Positions 1 through 9,587 of a DNA stretch of 64,000 nucleotides are shown here, in pieces. The DNA is from a virus. The position numbers and the translations under genes were made by a program. The notes under the pieces are model-generated. The model was not told the DNA's origin and did not search any database. It saw nothing but the letters and a program-made list of their open reading frames with translations. Position 1 is the stretch's first letter. Each line of letters opens with the position of its first letter. The stretch covers positions 1 to 64,000 of the IMG/VR virus record IMGVR_UViG_3300042475_001686; one strand, 5' to 3'.

Positions 1-146
1 TCCATCTCTGTCATTTCGCCAAACGTATACCAGTCTTTCCAAGGTTTATTGTTTTCATAATACTCAATAATTTCTTCAGGGTTTTTTAATGCATTGTGAA
101 AAACCCAAACAGTATCATGTATTTTTTCAATATTGAAATCAGGCAT
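1..146 (-). CDS. 5' part of a probable further 2OG-Fe(II) oxygenase (runs off the window)
   Basis: ATG at 146 overlaps the upstream stop. MPDFNIEKIHDTVWVFHNALKNPEE..WKDWYTFG resembles the N-terminus of 2299..3189 (IFVYNNVFEDPE..WQDWYIFG). Confidence 0.6.
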   Translation of the reverse strand, partial: MPDFNIEKIHDTVWVFHNALKNPEEIIEYYENNKPWKDWYTFGEMTEM

Positions 147-877
147 TACATGCCTGCGTTTCTGCTCAAATCCATATTATTGTGAATCCAGTGTCCAGGA
201 ACCATATACTTTACCCCAGACTTTACTGTATGTGCTGTATGGAAATATGGTGCATTTGCTGGGAATATAATAACGCTATTTGCCTTTGGCTTTATTCCAA
301 AGTCAATTGCTTTATTTGCAACTGCATCATCATAATCTAAATTTACTGGGGGAGCACCGTGCACCCATCCGTCTTTGCTATTCCAGCCTCCGTCATAATC
401 CTTTAACTGGAAAGATATTTCTCCTCCCTCACAATCATCATTTAAATACATAACTAGAGAGTACCTGAGTGTCTTGTCTCCATCTAATTGATCAAAGTGT
501 GCTCCCATTGCCATTCCAGTGTAATACTTTTTAATATTAAAAGTTGGAAATAGTCTTGGCTCATCAAAATCACCCATAGCCTCTGCATAATCTTTGCATA
601 CATTATAGAGAGTAGTCATTACTGCATCATAAATATATTTAGACTTTTCTCCAACATTACCGCCAAAGTTTGCTATTGAGTTTGGATCAAATGTTTTAGT
701 TTCTCCATATATGAAATCTTTATCATTAGAAGATGTCCACTTTTGCCAAACATTTACCTGAGAAATATCATCAGACTCCATGGTATCTAACTCATTCAGA
801 GTGGACATAAAATTATCAAAATTTTCTATAGCGTCTGTATAGTAATAAACTTTTGGATCTAAAATTTCTCTATTCAT
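146..877 (-). CDS. 2OG-Fe(II) oxygenase, prolyl 4-hydroxylase-like
   Basis: HFD...YLNDDCEGGEI...FHTAH..GVKY facial triad motifs. Confidence 0.85.
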   Translation of the reverse strand: MNREILDPKVYYYTDAIENFDNFMSTLNELDTMESDDISQVNVWQKWTSSNDKDFIYGETKTFDPNSIANFGGNVGEKSKYIYDAVMTTLYNVCKDYAEAMGDFDEPRLFPTFNIKKYYTGMAMGAHFDQLDGDKTLRYSLVMYLNDDCEGGEISFQLKDYDGGWNSKDGWVHGAPPVNLDYDDAVANKAIDFGIKPKANSVIIFPANAPYFHTAHTVKSGVKYMVPGHWIHNNMDLSRNAGM

Positions 878-885
878 TATTTCTC

Positions 886-1545
886 CTAGTATTTGTGTTT
901 TTCATAATGTCTTTTTTCCTTTACAAATCCAACTATAACATATCTTATTGGTCCGTCTTGAACATGCTTTACTCCATGCTCATGCTTACTATCTCCAGGG
1001 AAAAATAACAAATCTCCTGGCTTAGGTCTTAGTTCTAAATCCAGATTTTTAAAAAATAGTTCTCCCTCTGCATAATCATCATTGATATAAATAATTGTTG
1101 CATATCTTATAGAAGGATCAGTATCCTGATCAACATGAGACTTTAGTTGTACTTCTGGCTGCATTCTTTGGATTGTAGCAAGACCACTTAGTTCTAATTC
1201 TGGAAACGAATCAACTATAAGATCTGATAGTCTTTTATAGAAAATATGTTGTTCTTCATGATGCTTAATATTTAAGTTTTTGTCTACCCAATTTTGAGTA
1301 ATTTCAAACTTACCCTCAGCAACAAGATTGTCAACATCATCTCTTCCAAACTTTTCCATGCAAAAGTTTTTTAGGTTGCCCATATATTCAACTTCCCAGT
1401 CTTCTTGAGAAGCAGAATTAATAATACCCCAAACAAAGTCTAACTCTTCTTTTGTTAAGAAATCTTTGATAAGTAAAACCTCATCTGTTATTTCTTCAAA
1501 CTTAAGATTATTGGTAGTTAGGTTTTGTTTGAATTTATCAATCAT
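886..1545 (-). CDS. 2OG-Fe(II) oxygenase, P4H-like
   Basis: HVD, YINDDYAEGELFF, HEHGV..RY. Confidence 0.85.
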   Translation of the reverse strand: MIDKFKQNLTTNNLKFEEITDEVLLIKDFLTKEELDFVWGIINSASQEDWEVEYMGNLKNFCMEKFGRDDVDNLVAEGKFEITQNWVDKNLNIKHHEEQHIFYKRLSDLIVDSFPELELSGLATIQRMQPEVQLKSHVDQDTDPSIRYATIIYINDDYAEGELFFKNLDLELRPKPGDLLFFPGDSKHEHGVKHVQDGPIRYVIVGFVKEKRHYEKHKY

Positions 1546-2302
1546 GAGGAATTACTCCTGTATCATCAACCTTATATTTATTACCATCAGCATCTAACTT
1601 CCAACCTTGCTTTAGCAACTCTTGCCATTCTGCTCTTTCAATCTCTTGTTTTGCTCTGGTTTCTTTCATCTCTTCTGCCCAGGCATCTCTTAGTTCTTGT
1701 GGATAAGCATCTTCTTCTCTATCATCCCAGAATGAGCCAATAGTGTATCTGACTCCTTTGGTTATTAGAGTTACCTCATGCATATTGTTGAATCCTCCGT
1801 CAAAAGCAGCAAGCATTCCAACTTTAGGCTGTATGCTTATCTCTTGATCTGAAAACTGTAGTAGTCCTCCCTCAAAGTCATCATTTAAATACAAAAATGC
1901 AGCATATCTACTTCTTGTAAAAGCACCAGAGTTGCCATGCTCATCTGTATTATCAGAATGTTTTCTTGCATAAGCACCTGGCTCCCACTTCTGAGTATGA
2001 TACCCAATTTGAGAAATTATGTTACGGTCAAGATCATGGACACTTGCAACAGCGTCAATGATGACCTCTTTTATTTGTGAAAAGATATCAGCAGGCAAGC
2101 CTTCAGAAAGAACATGTTCATCATCATCTTGAGGAAGAACAGAAGAATAAGATTCATAAAAAGATATTGGCATCCAACTAATTGTACCGAGTTCTGCATG
2201 CTTATCTAAAACCCTTACAAGTTTTGCAGCAGTATCAGCATCAATAAAGTTTTCATAAAGGACAATGTCCTTTGTCAGTCTATTTTTATTTTCTAGATTC
2301 AT
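1538..2302 (-). CDS. 2OG-Fe(II) oxygenase, P4H-like
   Basis: HSD, YLNDDFEGG, HEVT..GVRY. Confidence 0.85.
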   Translation of the reverse strand: MNLENKNRLTKDIVLYENFIDADTAAKLVRVLDKHAELGTISWMPISFYESYSSVLPQDDDEHVLSEGLPADIFSQIKEVIIDAVASVHDLDRNIISQIGYHTQKWEPGAYARKHSDNTDEHGNSGAFTRSRYAAFLYLNDDFEGGLLQFSDQEISIQPKVGMLAAFDGGFNNMHEVTLITKGVRYTIGSFWDDREEDAYPQELRDAWAEEMKETRAKQEIERAEWQELLKQGWKLDADGNKYKVDDTGVIPHD

Positions 2303-3189
2303 TTTATTCTAATTGCTCCTTCTATGACAGTTCTCTGTGGATGTTCTGTCATATAATCTTCTTGCATTTTTCTAAATACTTCAGGCCATTCTTCTTTGCC
2401 ATACTCTTCTTCCTTCTTTTTCCACTCATCAGAAGCGTCTTCGTAAACCTGCCAGTACATTCTTGTAAAGAACTTTTCATTTTCTTTACAGTTTTCTGCA
2501 GCATGTAGGTATACCTCGTTATCTTTAGTAAGGTAATCAGGATGTCCAGATGGAAAAACCAAGAAATCTCCAGCCTTTGGCTTGTAGTTAATAAGTTTAT
2601 TTCCTATAGCAAAATCTACCCCACCCTTTAAATAGTTATCATTCAAATATGTGGTTGTAGTAAGTACAAACTTATATCCTGGACTCTTTATTGATTCTCT
2701 AATATAATCAGAATGGTATCTCATTGCAAGTTCCCCGCCATTCCACTCTGATCCTTCTGAGTCTACAAAATAACGACATAGGGATGGGCCAGTCCAATTC
2801 CATTTAGGGTGATCTACTCCATAAGAACGAACTGTTTCATTTTTTTCATCTGGTATAGATAGGTTATGCTTTGACATATAGTCATTATTTACCAAATGGA
2901 ATGCTCTAACTAATTCTGTGATAAAGTATCTCTGATCCTCCTGAACCTTACTTGTTGGATCTATATCTTTTAAAATCTTAAGTTCTGTTGCAGTTTTATC
3001 AAAATGAAGTCCGAACTTTTCAATCTTTTTACCGAAGATATACCAATCTTGCCAATTTTCCCATATTGCATCATCATAATCATTAACTGAATCTTTAGCA
3101 ATCTGATACATTCTTTCTGGATCTTCAAATACATTGTTGTAAACAAATATATTTGGATATATCTCTTCTGCTGTAAAGTTTGTACTCAT
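2299..3189 (-). CDS. 2OG-Fe(II) oxygenase, P4H-like
   Basis: HSD, YLNDNYLKGG, FPSG..YLHAA..K. Confidence 0.8.
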   Translation of the reverse strand: MSTNFTAEEIYPNIFVYNNVFEDPERMYQIAKDSVNDYDDAIWENWQDWYIFGKKIEKFGLHFDKTATELKILKDIDPTSKVQEDQRYFITELVRAFHLVNNDYMSKHNLSIPDEKNETVRSYGVDHPKWNWTGPSLCRYFVDSEGSEWNGGELAMRYHSDYIRESIKSPGYKFVLTTTTYLNDNYLKGGVDFAIGNKLINYKPKAGDFLVFPSGHPDYLTKDNEVYLHAAENCKENEKFFTRMYWQVYEDASDEWKKKEEEYGKEEWPEVFRKMQEDYMTEHPQRTVIEGAIRIK

Positions 3190-3191
3190 AA

Positions 3192-3947
3192 TTACATTAT
3201 TCCCCTTCTAGGATCCCACTGTGATGTCTGTTCAGCAGTAGGGAAAATCCTATAATACTCTTTATTAAAATCTGGCTTAATCTCTCCAGTATGTTCTAAA
3301 ATTTCCCAAAAGAATGGGCAAGTATATCTATCTCCACTTATTACTTCTGATACACCGTGTACATAGTTCATATCGCCTGGGAAGAAATATGCAGAACCTC
3401 TTTTTGGCTTAAACTGTATTCCCTGATTTGGGAAATAGAGTTCTCCTCCTACATAGTCATCGTTTATATAGAATAAACTTGCTATGTCGTAATAAGGAAA
3501 GTCATTGGGCTTTCCAGCGTCTGGTCCAGAGTGTAATTCTTTATCTGCATGCGGAAGTTGATAATATCCTGGTGGCCACTTTACAATTGTTTGTCCTGTT
3601 GGTTGAACTTTTACTTTAAAAAAATCTTCAATGATTGGCTGAAGTCTATTAAAAAGTCCTACTATAACAGGAACAATTTCTGGATTATTTTTATTTAATG
3701 ATGGGGCACTAGCAACTCTATCTTTCCAATATCCAGCATCATATATTACAGTACCGTTTTCGTTTTTATGGCTTTCGGTTACATCCCAAACAGTGATGCT
3801 TCTGGCTGCATTATCTAAAAAGTCAACCTCTTCTTGTGTCATAAAGTTTTCTAGTTCAATAATATTTTCAGGACCACTTCCGAAAAACCCTGATGGGGTT
3901 AAGGATGGTTTTCTAACAACCTCTACTGCTTCTTCTGGCATCATCAT
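3192..3947 (-). CDS. 2OG-Fe(II) oxygenase, P4H-like
   Basis: HAD, YINDDYVGGELYF, HGV..GDRY. Confidence 0.85.
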   Translation of the reverse strand: MMMPEEAVEVVRKPSLTPSGFFGSGPENIIELENFMTQEEVDFLDNAARSITVWDVTESHKNENGTVIYDAGYWKDRVASAPSLNKNNPEIVPVIVGLFNRLQPIIEDFFKVKVQPTGQTIVKWPPGYYQLPHADKELHSGPDAGKPNDFPYYDIASLFYINDDYVGGELYFPNQGIQFKPKRGSAYFFPGDMNYVHGVSEVISGDRYTCPFFWEILEHTGEIKPDFNKEYYRIFPTAEQTSQWDPRRGIM

Positions 3948-3956
3948 TATATTATA

Positions 3957-4667
3957 TCACCCTGTTACCGTATTATCTTTTACAGAAAGTCTTAATGTCT
4001 TCACTTCATGAGAACCTAAAGACTCTCCCTTTTCATTTACTGCATCTCTATACCAGTCTGTCCACTGCCCAGATGAATTGACAACCTGTGCTGCCTGCCC
4101 ATAGTCTGACAGAGCCTTAAGCCTTAAGCCACCTTCATCAGTATAATTATTAATCTCGATAGAGGTATTGTTTAAGTGAGTTAGAGAAATAGGAATAATT
4201 GTAGCAATTGGAGTTCCTGCCTTTATTACAGTCTCAACATTTGCCCTTTTTGCCTTAATAGCAAGTGGTAATGGATTATCATAAAATGATGTGCTAATTA
4301 AATTTGATAATGTTTCAAAGTCTTCATTAAAATAATTAACTGGATTAATTGTTAAAATGCTTACATCTGGATCTGTTCTAAATACCAAAGATGTATTGAG
4401 ACTTACTGTAGATTGACCTCTTCCAGCATAGGAACCTTCTGGACTCGTAATAGTTATATGTTGATCTGTTTGATCATTAATACCGTCCCATGTAAATACT
4501 ATATCCTGAGTACAAGAAATATTCCATCCTACGACATTAGCCTGAGTTACTGGAAAACATCTGTATGCATGCTTTTCAGAAGTTACATCCATCCAATCTC
4601 TTTTTATAGACATTGGTTCTATTTTGAAAATTCCACCATGCATTTTTTCTACAGATATATTAAACAT
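3957..4667 (-). CDS. conserved phage protein, DUF6065-like
   Basis: RDWMD..HAYRCFPVTQAN..GW motif, typically found beside phage oxygenase clusters. Confidence 0.55.
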   Translation of the reverse strand: MFNISVEKMHGGIFKIEPMSIKRDWMDVTSEKHAYRCFPVTQANVVGWNISCTQDIVFTWDGINDQTDQHITITSPEGSYAGRGQSTVSLNTSLVFRTDPDVSILTINPVNYFNEDFETLSNLISTSFYDNPLPLAIKAKRANVETVIKAGTPIATIIPISLTHLNNTSIEINNYTDEGGLRLKALSDYGQAAQVVNSSGQWTDWYRDAVNEKGESLGSHEVKTLRLSVKDNTVTG

Positions 4668-5350
4668 TATTCATTTTCCCACTTTGGATCATACATGTCT
4701 GGAGTATGAAACTTTTTGCTATAGTCTAGCATTGTTACAATAGAATATTTTGTTCCAGAGTGAACTGGCATTGCTTGATGTGGATACATAAAGTTAGAAG
4801 GGAAGATATATAAATCTCCTGCCTTTGGTTTAATATTTAAGTCCTGTAATCTAAAATATAACTCTCCGCCATCGTAATCATCATTGATGTATGCTACCAA
4901 AGATACGGTACAGTTATACGAATAACCGTGGTCATGATGTTCCTTGAAGTGCTGACCTGGACCATACTTAATAAAGTTAAATGCTTCCCAATACTTTAGT
5001 GGCATAATGTTGTAATCTCTACGATAGTCATCAACTGCTGGAGCCTGTGCATCATAAACATCCTGCCATATTTTTTGTAACAATAAAGACTCTTCGCTTG
5101 GATCTGACTCAATGTCTGTCTTTTTATACTTAAAATCATAGCAATCACGATAGTCTGGCATTAATTGCTGATACCCAACATATGCTGGTAGCCAGTGATA
5201 TCTTTTTCCTTCTGGAGATAACTCTCCCCAAGGTGCTGGACTGCCCAAGACATCTTCCAATCTATTTATAATATCTAAATTTGGTTTAATAACATTTCTA
5301 TAAACCGTTATTCCATGACCAAGACTTTCTTTTTCTGTCCAAGTTGACAT
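4667..5350 (-). CDS. 2OG-Fe(II) oxygenase, P4H-like
   Basis: HHDH, YINDDYDGGELYF, FPSNFMYPH..GTKY; start moved to MSTW (GGAG RBS). Confidence 0.85.
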   Translation of the reverse strand: MSTWTEKESLGHGITVYRNVIKPNLDIINRLEDVLGSPAPWGELSPEGKRYHWLPAYVGYQQLMPDYRDCYDFKYKKTDIESDPSEESLLLQKIWQDVYDAQAPAVDDYRRDYNIMPLKYWEAFNFIKYGPGQHFKEHHDHGYSYNCTVSLVAYINDDYDGGELYFRLQDLNIKPKAGDLYIFPSNFMYPHQAMPVHSGTKYSIVTMLDYSKKFHTPDMYDPKWENE

Positions 5351-5358
5351 CTTTGCTC

Positions 5359-6135
5359 CTATTTGTATTCTCTTCTTGTCCAAACTTTATCTTTGTATAC
5401 CCCGCCATCTGGCTGGCGATAAAAGTTTGCGTTATCTACCATTTTACCATAGATCTTGCTTGACTCCAAAATGTCAATATCATGTTGCCAATTTTCTCTT
5501 TTAAAAGGCAATACTTGTAAATATGGAGTTCCTGCTGGGATTGTTCCTTCCCAACCATCTACAATAAAAAATGGAAAACTTCCTAATACTTCTACCTTAT
5601 CAGAATCCACTACTCCTGTTGTATTAAGAAATGGTAGATCAAACCTATTCATTGGGGTCATGAATAAAGCACTGTATCCTTCTGGCAGCCTCATTCCCCA
5701 GTCTGGCATCCATGCAAAATGATCTTTATAGTATCCTTTAGGGTGTTCAAATTGTGGCATCTGTGGCCTTGCTGTACAAAAATCTTTATACATTTCATTT
5801 TGAATTTTCATATCTAGAGATCCTCTAGAGTTTTTAGTAAATGTTATATCACAAGGAGTTTTAAAAACATACCCAGTAATAAAAGCATCCATAATTGCTG
5901 GACAGGCTTTCCATGTTGGTATCATTCCATAATCGTCTGTTGTTCCAGGTTTTGGGAATGGACACACCTCTCTTGGTGCTTTATAGTATTCTCCATTTAC
6001 AGGATTTTTAGCAAACCTATCTGCATCCTTATACCATTGTGGTATTTCTTTTTGTGTTGGAGTTGGAGTAGACTTACTTTTTTCTGTTAGCCAAGGCCTG
6101 TATGCCTTAAAAGATACTAAATTGTACTCATCCAT
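5359..6135 (-). CDS. conserved phage protein (KACPA...GTPYLQVLPFKRE family)
   Basis: Long ORF in the operon; CPA motif shared with 25397..26134. Confidence 0.55.
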   Translation of the reverse strand: MDEYNLVSFKAYRPWLTEKSKSTPTPTQKEIPQWYKDADRFAKNPVNGEYYKAPREVCPFPKPGTTDDYGMIPTWKACPAIMDAFITGYVFKTPCDITFTKNSRGSLDMKIQNEMYKDFCTARPQMPQFEHPKGYYKDHFAWMPDWGMRLPEGYSALFMTPMNRFDLPFLNTTGVVDSDKVEVLGSFPFFIVDGWEGTIPAGTPYLQVLPFKRENWQHDIDILESSKIYGKMVDNANFYRQPDGGVYKDKVWTRREYK

Positions 6136-6842
6136 TACTTATGACCTAACTCATTAATATCAGTCATGATTACGACACAATATTTTGTACCGCTCTTCAT
6201 TGGAAGAGATGCATGCTCATAAATGTAGTTAGATGGGAAAACCGCAATATCTCCGACTCTTGGCTTATGAATATATCCATCTAAGCGTGGGAACTGAATT
6301 TCTCCGCCATCATAGTCGTCATTGATATATATAACTGCTGAAACTGTAGCATTGTAGGCTGGTCCATGGTCAGCATGAATATTGAAGTGTTTTCCTTCAC
6401 CTTCATACTTTACAAAATTAAATGCCTCATAATAGACAACACTAATTCCCCAATACGCTGCATAATTATCTATACAAAACTTTAATTTTTGATAAATTTC
6501 TTCATGAAGATCTATTAACTCTCCATTAAATTCATCTCTTGGCCCTAAGTTTTCTTGCTTATATTTAAAGTCTACACAATCTCTTGCTTTCTTGATTGGT
6601 GTTGTTGAATTAGTTACCTGTGCTTCTGACCAAGCATATCTCTTAGTGCCGTCTAAATTTGACTCAAGTGTTTTAATATATCTATCGGCATCATCTTTAC
6701 TAAAAACATTTCTATAAATATTAAGACCAAGGCCAGGATTTTCTACAACTATTCCACTAGGCAGGGTGCTTGTTGGATATCTATTTGATGCGGTCTCAGA
6801 TCTATCTTTTGTAAACCAGTGGTTTTGATTCTCATCATACAT
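6135..6842 (-). CDS. 2OG-Fe(II) oxygenase, P4H-like; paralog of 4667..5350
   Basis: HADH, YINDDYDGGEIQF, FPSNYIYEH..GTKY. Confidence 0.85.
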   Translation of the reverse strand: MYDENQNHWFTKDRSETASNRYPTSTLPSGIVVENPGLGLNIYRNVFSKDDADRYIKTLESNLDGTKRYAWSEAQVTNSTTPIKKARDCVDFKYKQENLGPRDEFNGELIDLHEEIYQKLKFCIDNYAAYWGISVVYYEAFNFVKYEGEGKHFNIHADHGPAYNATVSAVIYINDDYDGGEIQFPRLDGYIHKPRVGDIAVFPSNYIYEHASLPMKSGTKYCVVIMTDINELGHK

Positions 6843-6890
6843 AGTTATTTTTCTCCTTGTTAATATAGTATATCATAAATATGAAAAATT

Positions 6891-7352
6891 TTAATTGCTT
6901 TCTGGTGGGTAAAAATTATTTCCATCCCACAAATAACCCAAAACTACTTCTGGAAAGTCTGTGGCATCTAGGCCTATAACTTTTGATGTCATTGCAGCCT
7001 GCCATTTTTGACTATAAAACTCATCTACCTTTTTTATAAGATGTGCTCCAAAAACAACCTTATCAGTATTTAAAAATGCATAGGATATAAAGTTTTCATG
7101 TACTTCAATTCTATTTATTGTTGTTTTGGGAATAAACTTTGTACCGTCCCAAATTGATCCTATATCAAATGTTTTTGGGGTAGGGTTTAAACTAGAAACA
7201 TCAATAACCTCTACATCATTATTTGAAAATCCTTCAGACCAACGCTTTAAAGGATCTGGATACTGTTCTGTAACAAAAAATATATCAAAAACTTCATATA
7301 TATTTTCAAACTCTTCTAATTTTACAGCAAATACAAATTTTTTTTCAATCAC
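6891..7352 (-). CDS. hypothetical protein with duplicated GxxWDGxxF motif
   Basis: GSIWDGTKF and GYLWDGNNF. Confidence 0.5.
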   Translation of the reverse strand: MIEKKFVFAVKLEEFENIYEVFDIFFVTEQYPDPLKRWSEGFSNNDVEVIDVSSLNPTPKTFDIGSIWDGTKFIPKTTINRIEVHENFISYAFLNTDKVVFGAHLIKKVDEFYSQKWQAAMTSKVIGLDATDFPEVVLGYLWDGNNFYPPESN

Positions 7353-7591
7353 AAAGACTCCTTACTCCAAAAGCCTAAAGGACATTCTGCATTTTTTAAT
7401 TTAGTTTTTGCTACCATAAAACATCCACATTTTGTGCACTGTTTCGTAGCCTGTACTAAATGTGGACAAGCATTACATATAGACATTCTAGATTCAACTA
7501 TTTTTGTATCATTAATTAATTGTTTTGGATCTAATAAATGCCAAGGACGTGAGTCCCCAAGATTTTTTTTCCAATTTGACCAACCACTCAT
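7349..7591 (-). CDS. small Cys-rich protein (CxxC..CxxCGC..CP..W), copy 1
   Basis: Paralog of 16375..16614 and 26177..26380. Confidence 0.7.
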   Translation of the reverse strand: MSGWSNWKKNLGDSRPWHLLDPKQLINDTKIVESRMSICNACPHLVQATKQCTKCGCFMVAKTKLKNAECPLGFWSKESL

Positions 7592-7624
7592 ACTTAATAG
7601 TATATCACATCAGGTTTTGATGTT

Positions 7625-8416
7625 CTATACTACTTGGTCGTAGATTGCTTTATCTATATTGTCAAAAGATTCAATTCTTGCAATTTCATCTGAAGAAAGA
7701 GCGTCAAGAATGTCTGCTGTAGATGAAGGACCAGAAGGTAGTTCTGATGAACCTTCATTTACAACCTTGCTCATATCAAATGTTATATTTACATTATAGT
7801 TTTCATTAAACCATGCTGATATATCTTGACATGTTAAGTTAAGATTATCGTACTTATGCACAGAATAGAATGAAGATAAGTTACTCATAGCATTTTCTAA
7901 ACTAGTATTTTCATTACCAACAAACCAGGAAAATGCTTTTGATGTTGCAAGATCTTTGACTGCCTGAAGTTTATATTTATTTTGAGTAAATAACTCTGCA
8001 TCAAAAATCATAGAATCGGCAGGGTTACATATAAATCTTGCCTGCATATTTTTATGAATTTCAAAATTTGGATCATCAAAAACATAGTGCTTAAATTTAT
8101 CTGTTATTGATTCAAATTTAGTATAATCTGATCTTTTACTAAATACTCTATCATATAAATAAACAAAGATACTTGCTCTTACTTCTACTGGGTTTCTAAC
8201 TACTGACACAACATCTATATCTGGATTAACTGTTATTGGATATGTTCCCCAGTGCCCCGCAAGAAATACTTGTTCTGAAAGATTAACAGTATGAGGAGTA
8301 TATCCATCTCTTGTGTAATATGACAAGGAATTAGCATCTAAAACTGGAGATACAGATTCCTTTATAAAGTTTCCACCTGTTCTTGGTGAATGTAACACAT
8401 ATAGTTGCTTAGTCAT
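7625..8416 (-). CDS. sulfotransferase-family protein
   Basis: N-terminal LHSPRTGG (5'-PSB loop) and VVRNPVE..S (3'-PB) motifs. Confidence 0.65.
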   Translation of the reverse strand: MTKQLYVLHSPRTGGNFIKESVSPVLDANSLSYYTRDGYTPHTVNLSEQVFLAGHWGTYPITVNPDIDVVSVVRNPVEVRASIFVYLYDRVFSKRSDYTKFESITDKFKHYVFDDPNFEIHKNMQARFICNPADSMIFDAELFTQNKYKLQAVKDLATSKAFSWFVGNENTSLENAMSNLSSFYSVHKYDNLNLTCQDISAWFNENYNVNITFDMSKVVNEGSSELPSGPSSTADILDALSSDEIARIESFDNIDKAIYDQVV

Positions 8417-8464
8417 TTTGCTCCTCTACTATCTTTGTTTTAGTTATCATCATATCATATTCCT

Positions 8465-9556
8465 TTAACCCTGGCAGTTTCCACAATTGCTTGAAGAGCA
8501 CCATAGTGATGGTGGGCAACCCCAAGGATTATTGGACTGGTTTCCGCATTCGCCACTGCAGGATGGGGCTGACACGAAAGAAGGTGGGAAGAACGGGAAG
8601 AATGGGAAGAACGGTGGGAAGAACGGGAAGAACGGTGGGAAGAACGGGAAGAATGGGAAGAATGGTGGGAAGAACGGGAAGAACGGTGGGAAGAACGGGA
8701 AGAATGGGAAATAAGGTGGGAAGAACGGGAAGAATGGTGGGAAGAATGGGAAGAACGGGAAGTAAGGTGGGAAGAACGGGAAGTAAGGTGGGAAGAATGG
8801 GAAGAAGGGTGGGAAGAATGGTGGGAAGAATGGGAAGAATGGTGGGAAGAACGGGAAGAATGGTGGGAAGAATGGGAAGAAGGGTGGGAAAAATGGAGGG
8901 AAAAACGGCGGGAAGAATGGAAAGAACGGCGGGGTAGTATTAACAGTTCCAGTTGTAGCACCTGCAGATGATCCATTACCATTAATTGCAACAATAGTAT
9001 ATGTCTGAGATCCTGGTGCTGCTCCTGGGTCATTAGCATCATATGATGTTGCAGCAGCAGAAATACCAGTGTAACTTGATCCATCTGAACCAGTAATTGT
9101 ATAGGAGGTAATTGCTTTACCACCAGTTGCTGGTGCTGTCCATGTTATTCTGTTTGTATTTGCAGACAAAGCAGATCCAGAAGGTGATCCTGGTGTGTTT
9201 GGTACAGTTGTTACTGTAATTGATCCAGTTGTATCTGTTGCTGGGTTTGAGTTTGCTGTACCAGCATTATTCTTACCTCTAACAGTAACTGTATAAGTTC
9301 CAGCAGGAAGTCCAGTTAGTGTATATGAGGTTGAAGATGATCCTGTCTCAACTGTGCTAGTTGCTGGGTTTGTAGTAACTACATAAGTTGTTGCTGCAGG
9401 AGAAGTAGCAGGCAAAGTCCAAGATAAGTTAATCGCACCATTATTCCAACCTCTACCAGTTCCTACATCTGTACCAGTTAGACCTGTTACTGGATCTGGT
9501 TGTAAAAAGTTATCCTGTGCTGATGACTTAATACCTTTTCTTTTGCTTGTTGCCAT
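8465..9556 (-). CDS. virion-associated protein: two FN3-like domains, Pro/Phe repeat, Cys-rich tail
   Basis: LSWT.P..YVV..YTLTGLPAGTYTVTVRGKN FN3 pattern twice; long (PPFF/PFF)n tract; C-terminal CSGECG..CPPSLWC..CGNC. Confidence 0.7.
   Translation of the reverse strand: MATSKRKGIKSSAQDNFLQPDPVTGLTGTDVGTGRGWNNGAINLSWTLPATSPAATTYVVTTNPATSTVETGSSSTSYTLTGLPAGTYTVTVRGKNNAGTANSNPATDTTGSITVTTVPNTPGSPSGSALSANTNRITWTAPATGGKAITSYTITGSDGSSYTGISAAATSYDANDPGAAPGSQTYTIVAINGNGSSAGATTGTVNTTPPFFPFFPPFFPPFFPPFFPFFPPFFPFFPPFFPFFPPFFPPFFPFFPPYFPFFPPYFPFFPFFPPFFPFFPPYFPFFPFFPPFFPFFPPFFPFFPFFPPFFPFFPPFFPFFPFFPPSFVSAPSCSGECGNQSNNPWGCPPSLWCSSSNCGNCQG
8580..8935. repeat. coding minisatellite of 9-nt (GGGAAGAAY) and 12-nt (GGTGGGAAGAAY) units
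   Basis: Directly visible; encodes PFF/PPFF on the minus strand. Confidence 0.95.
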
Positions 9557-9587
9557 GCTATTCTCCTTTTTCTACTATTAAATTTTA

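Noticed and set aside
8580-8935. CRISPR-like array
   Set aside because: Tandem coding repeats without unique spacers; no cas genes
8455-9123. Alternative-frame ORFs over the repeat (SSH-rich, GKN-rich, GRM-rich)
   Set aside because: Shadow frames of the Pro/Phe minisatellite; only 8465..9556 has an RBS and folded domains
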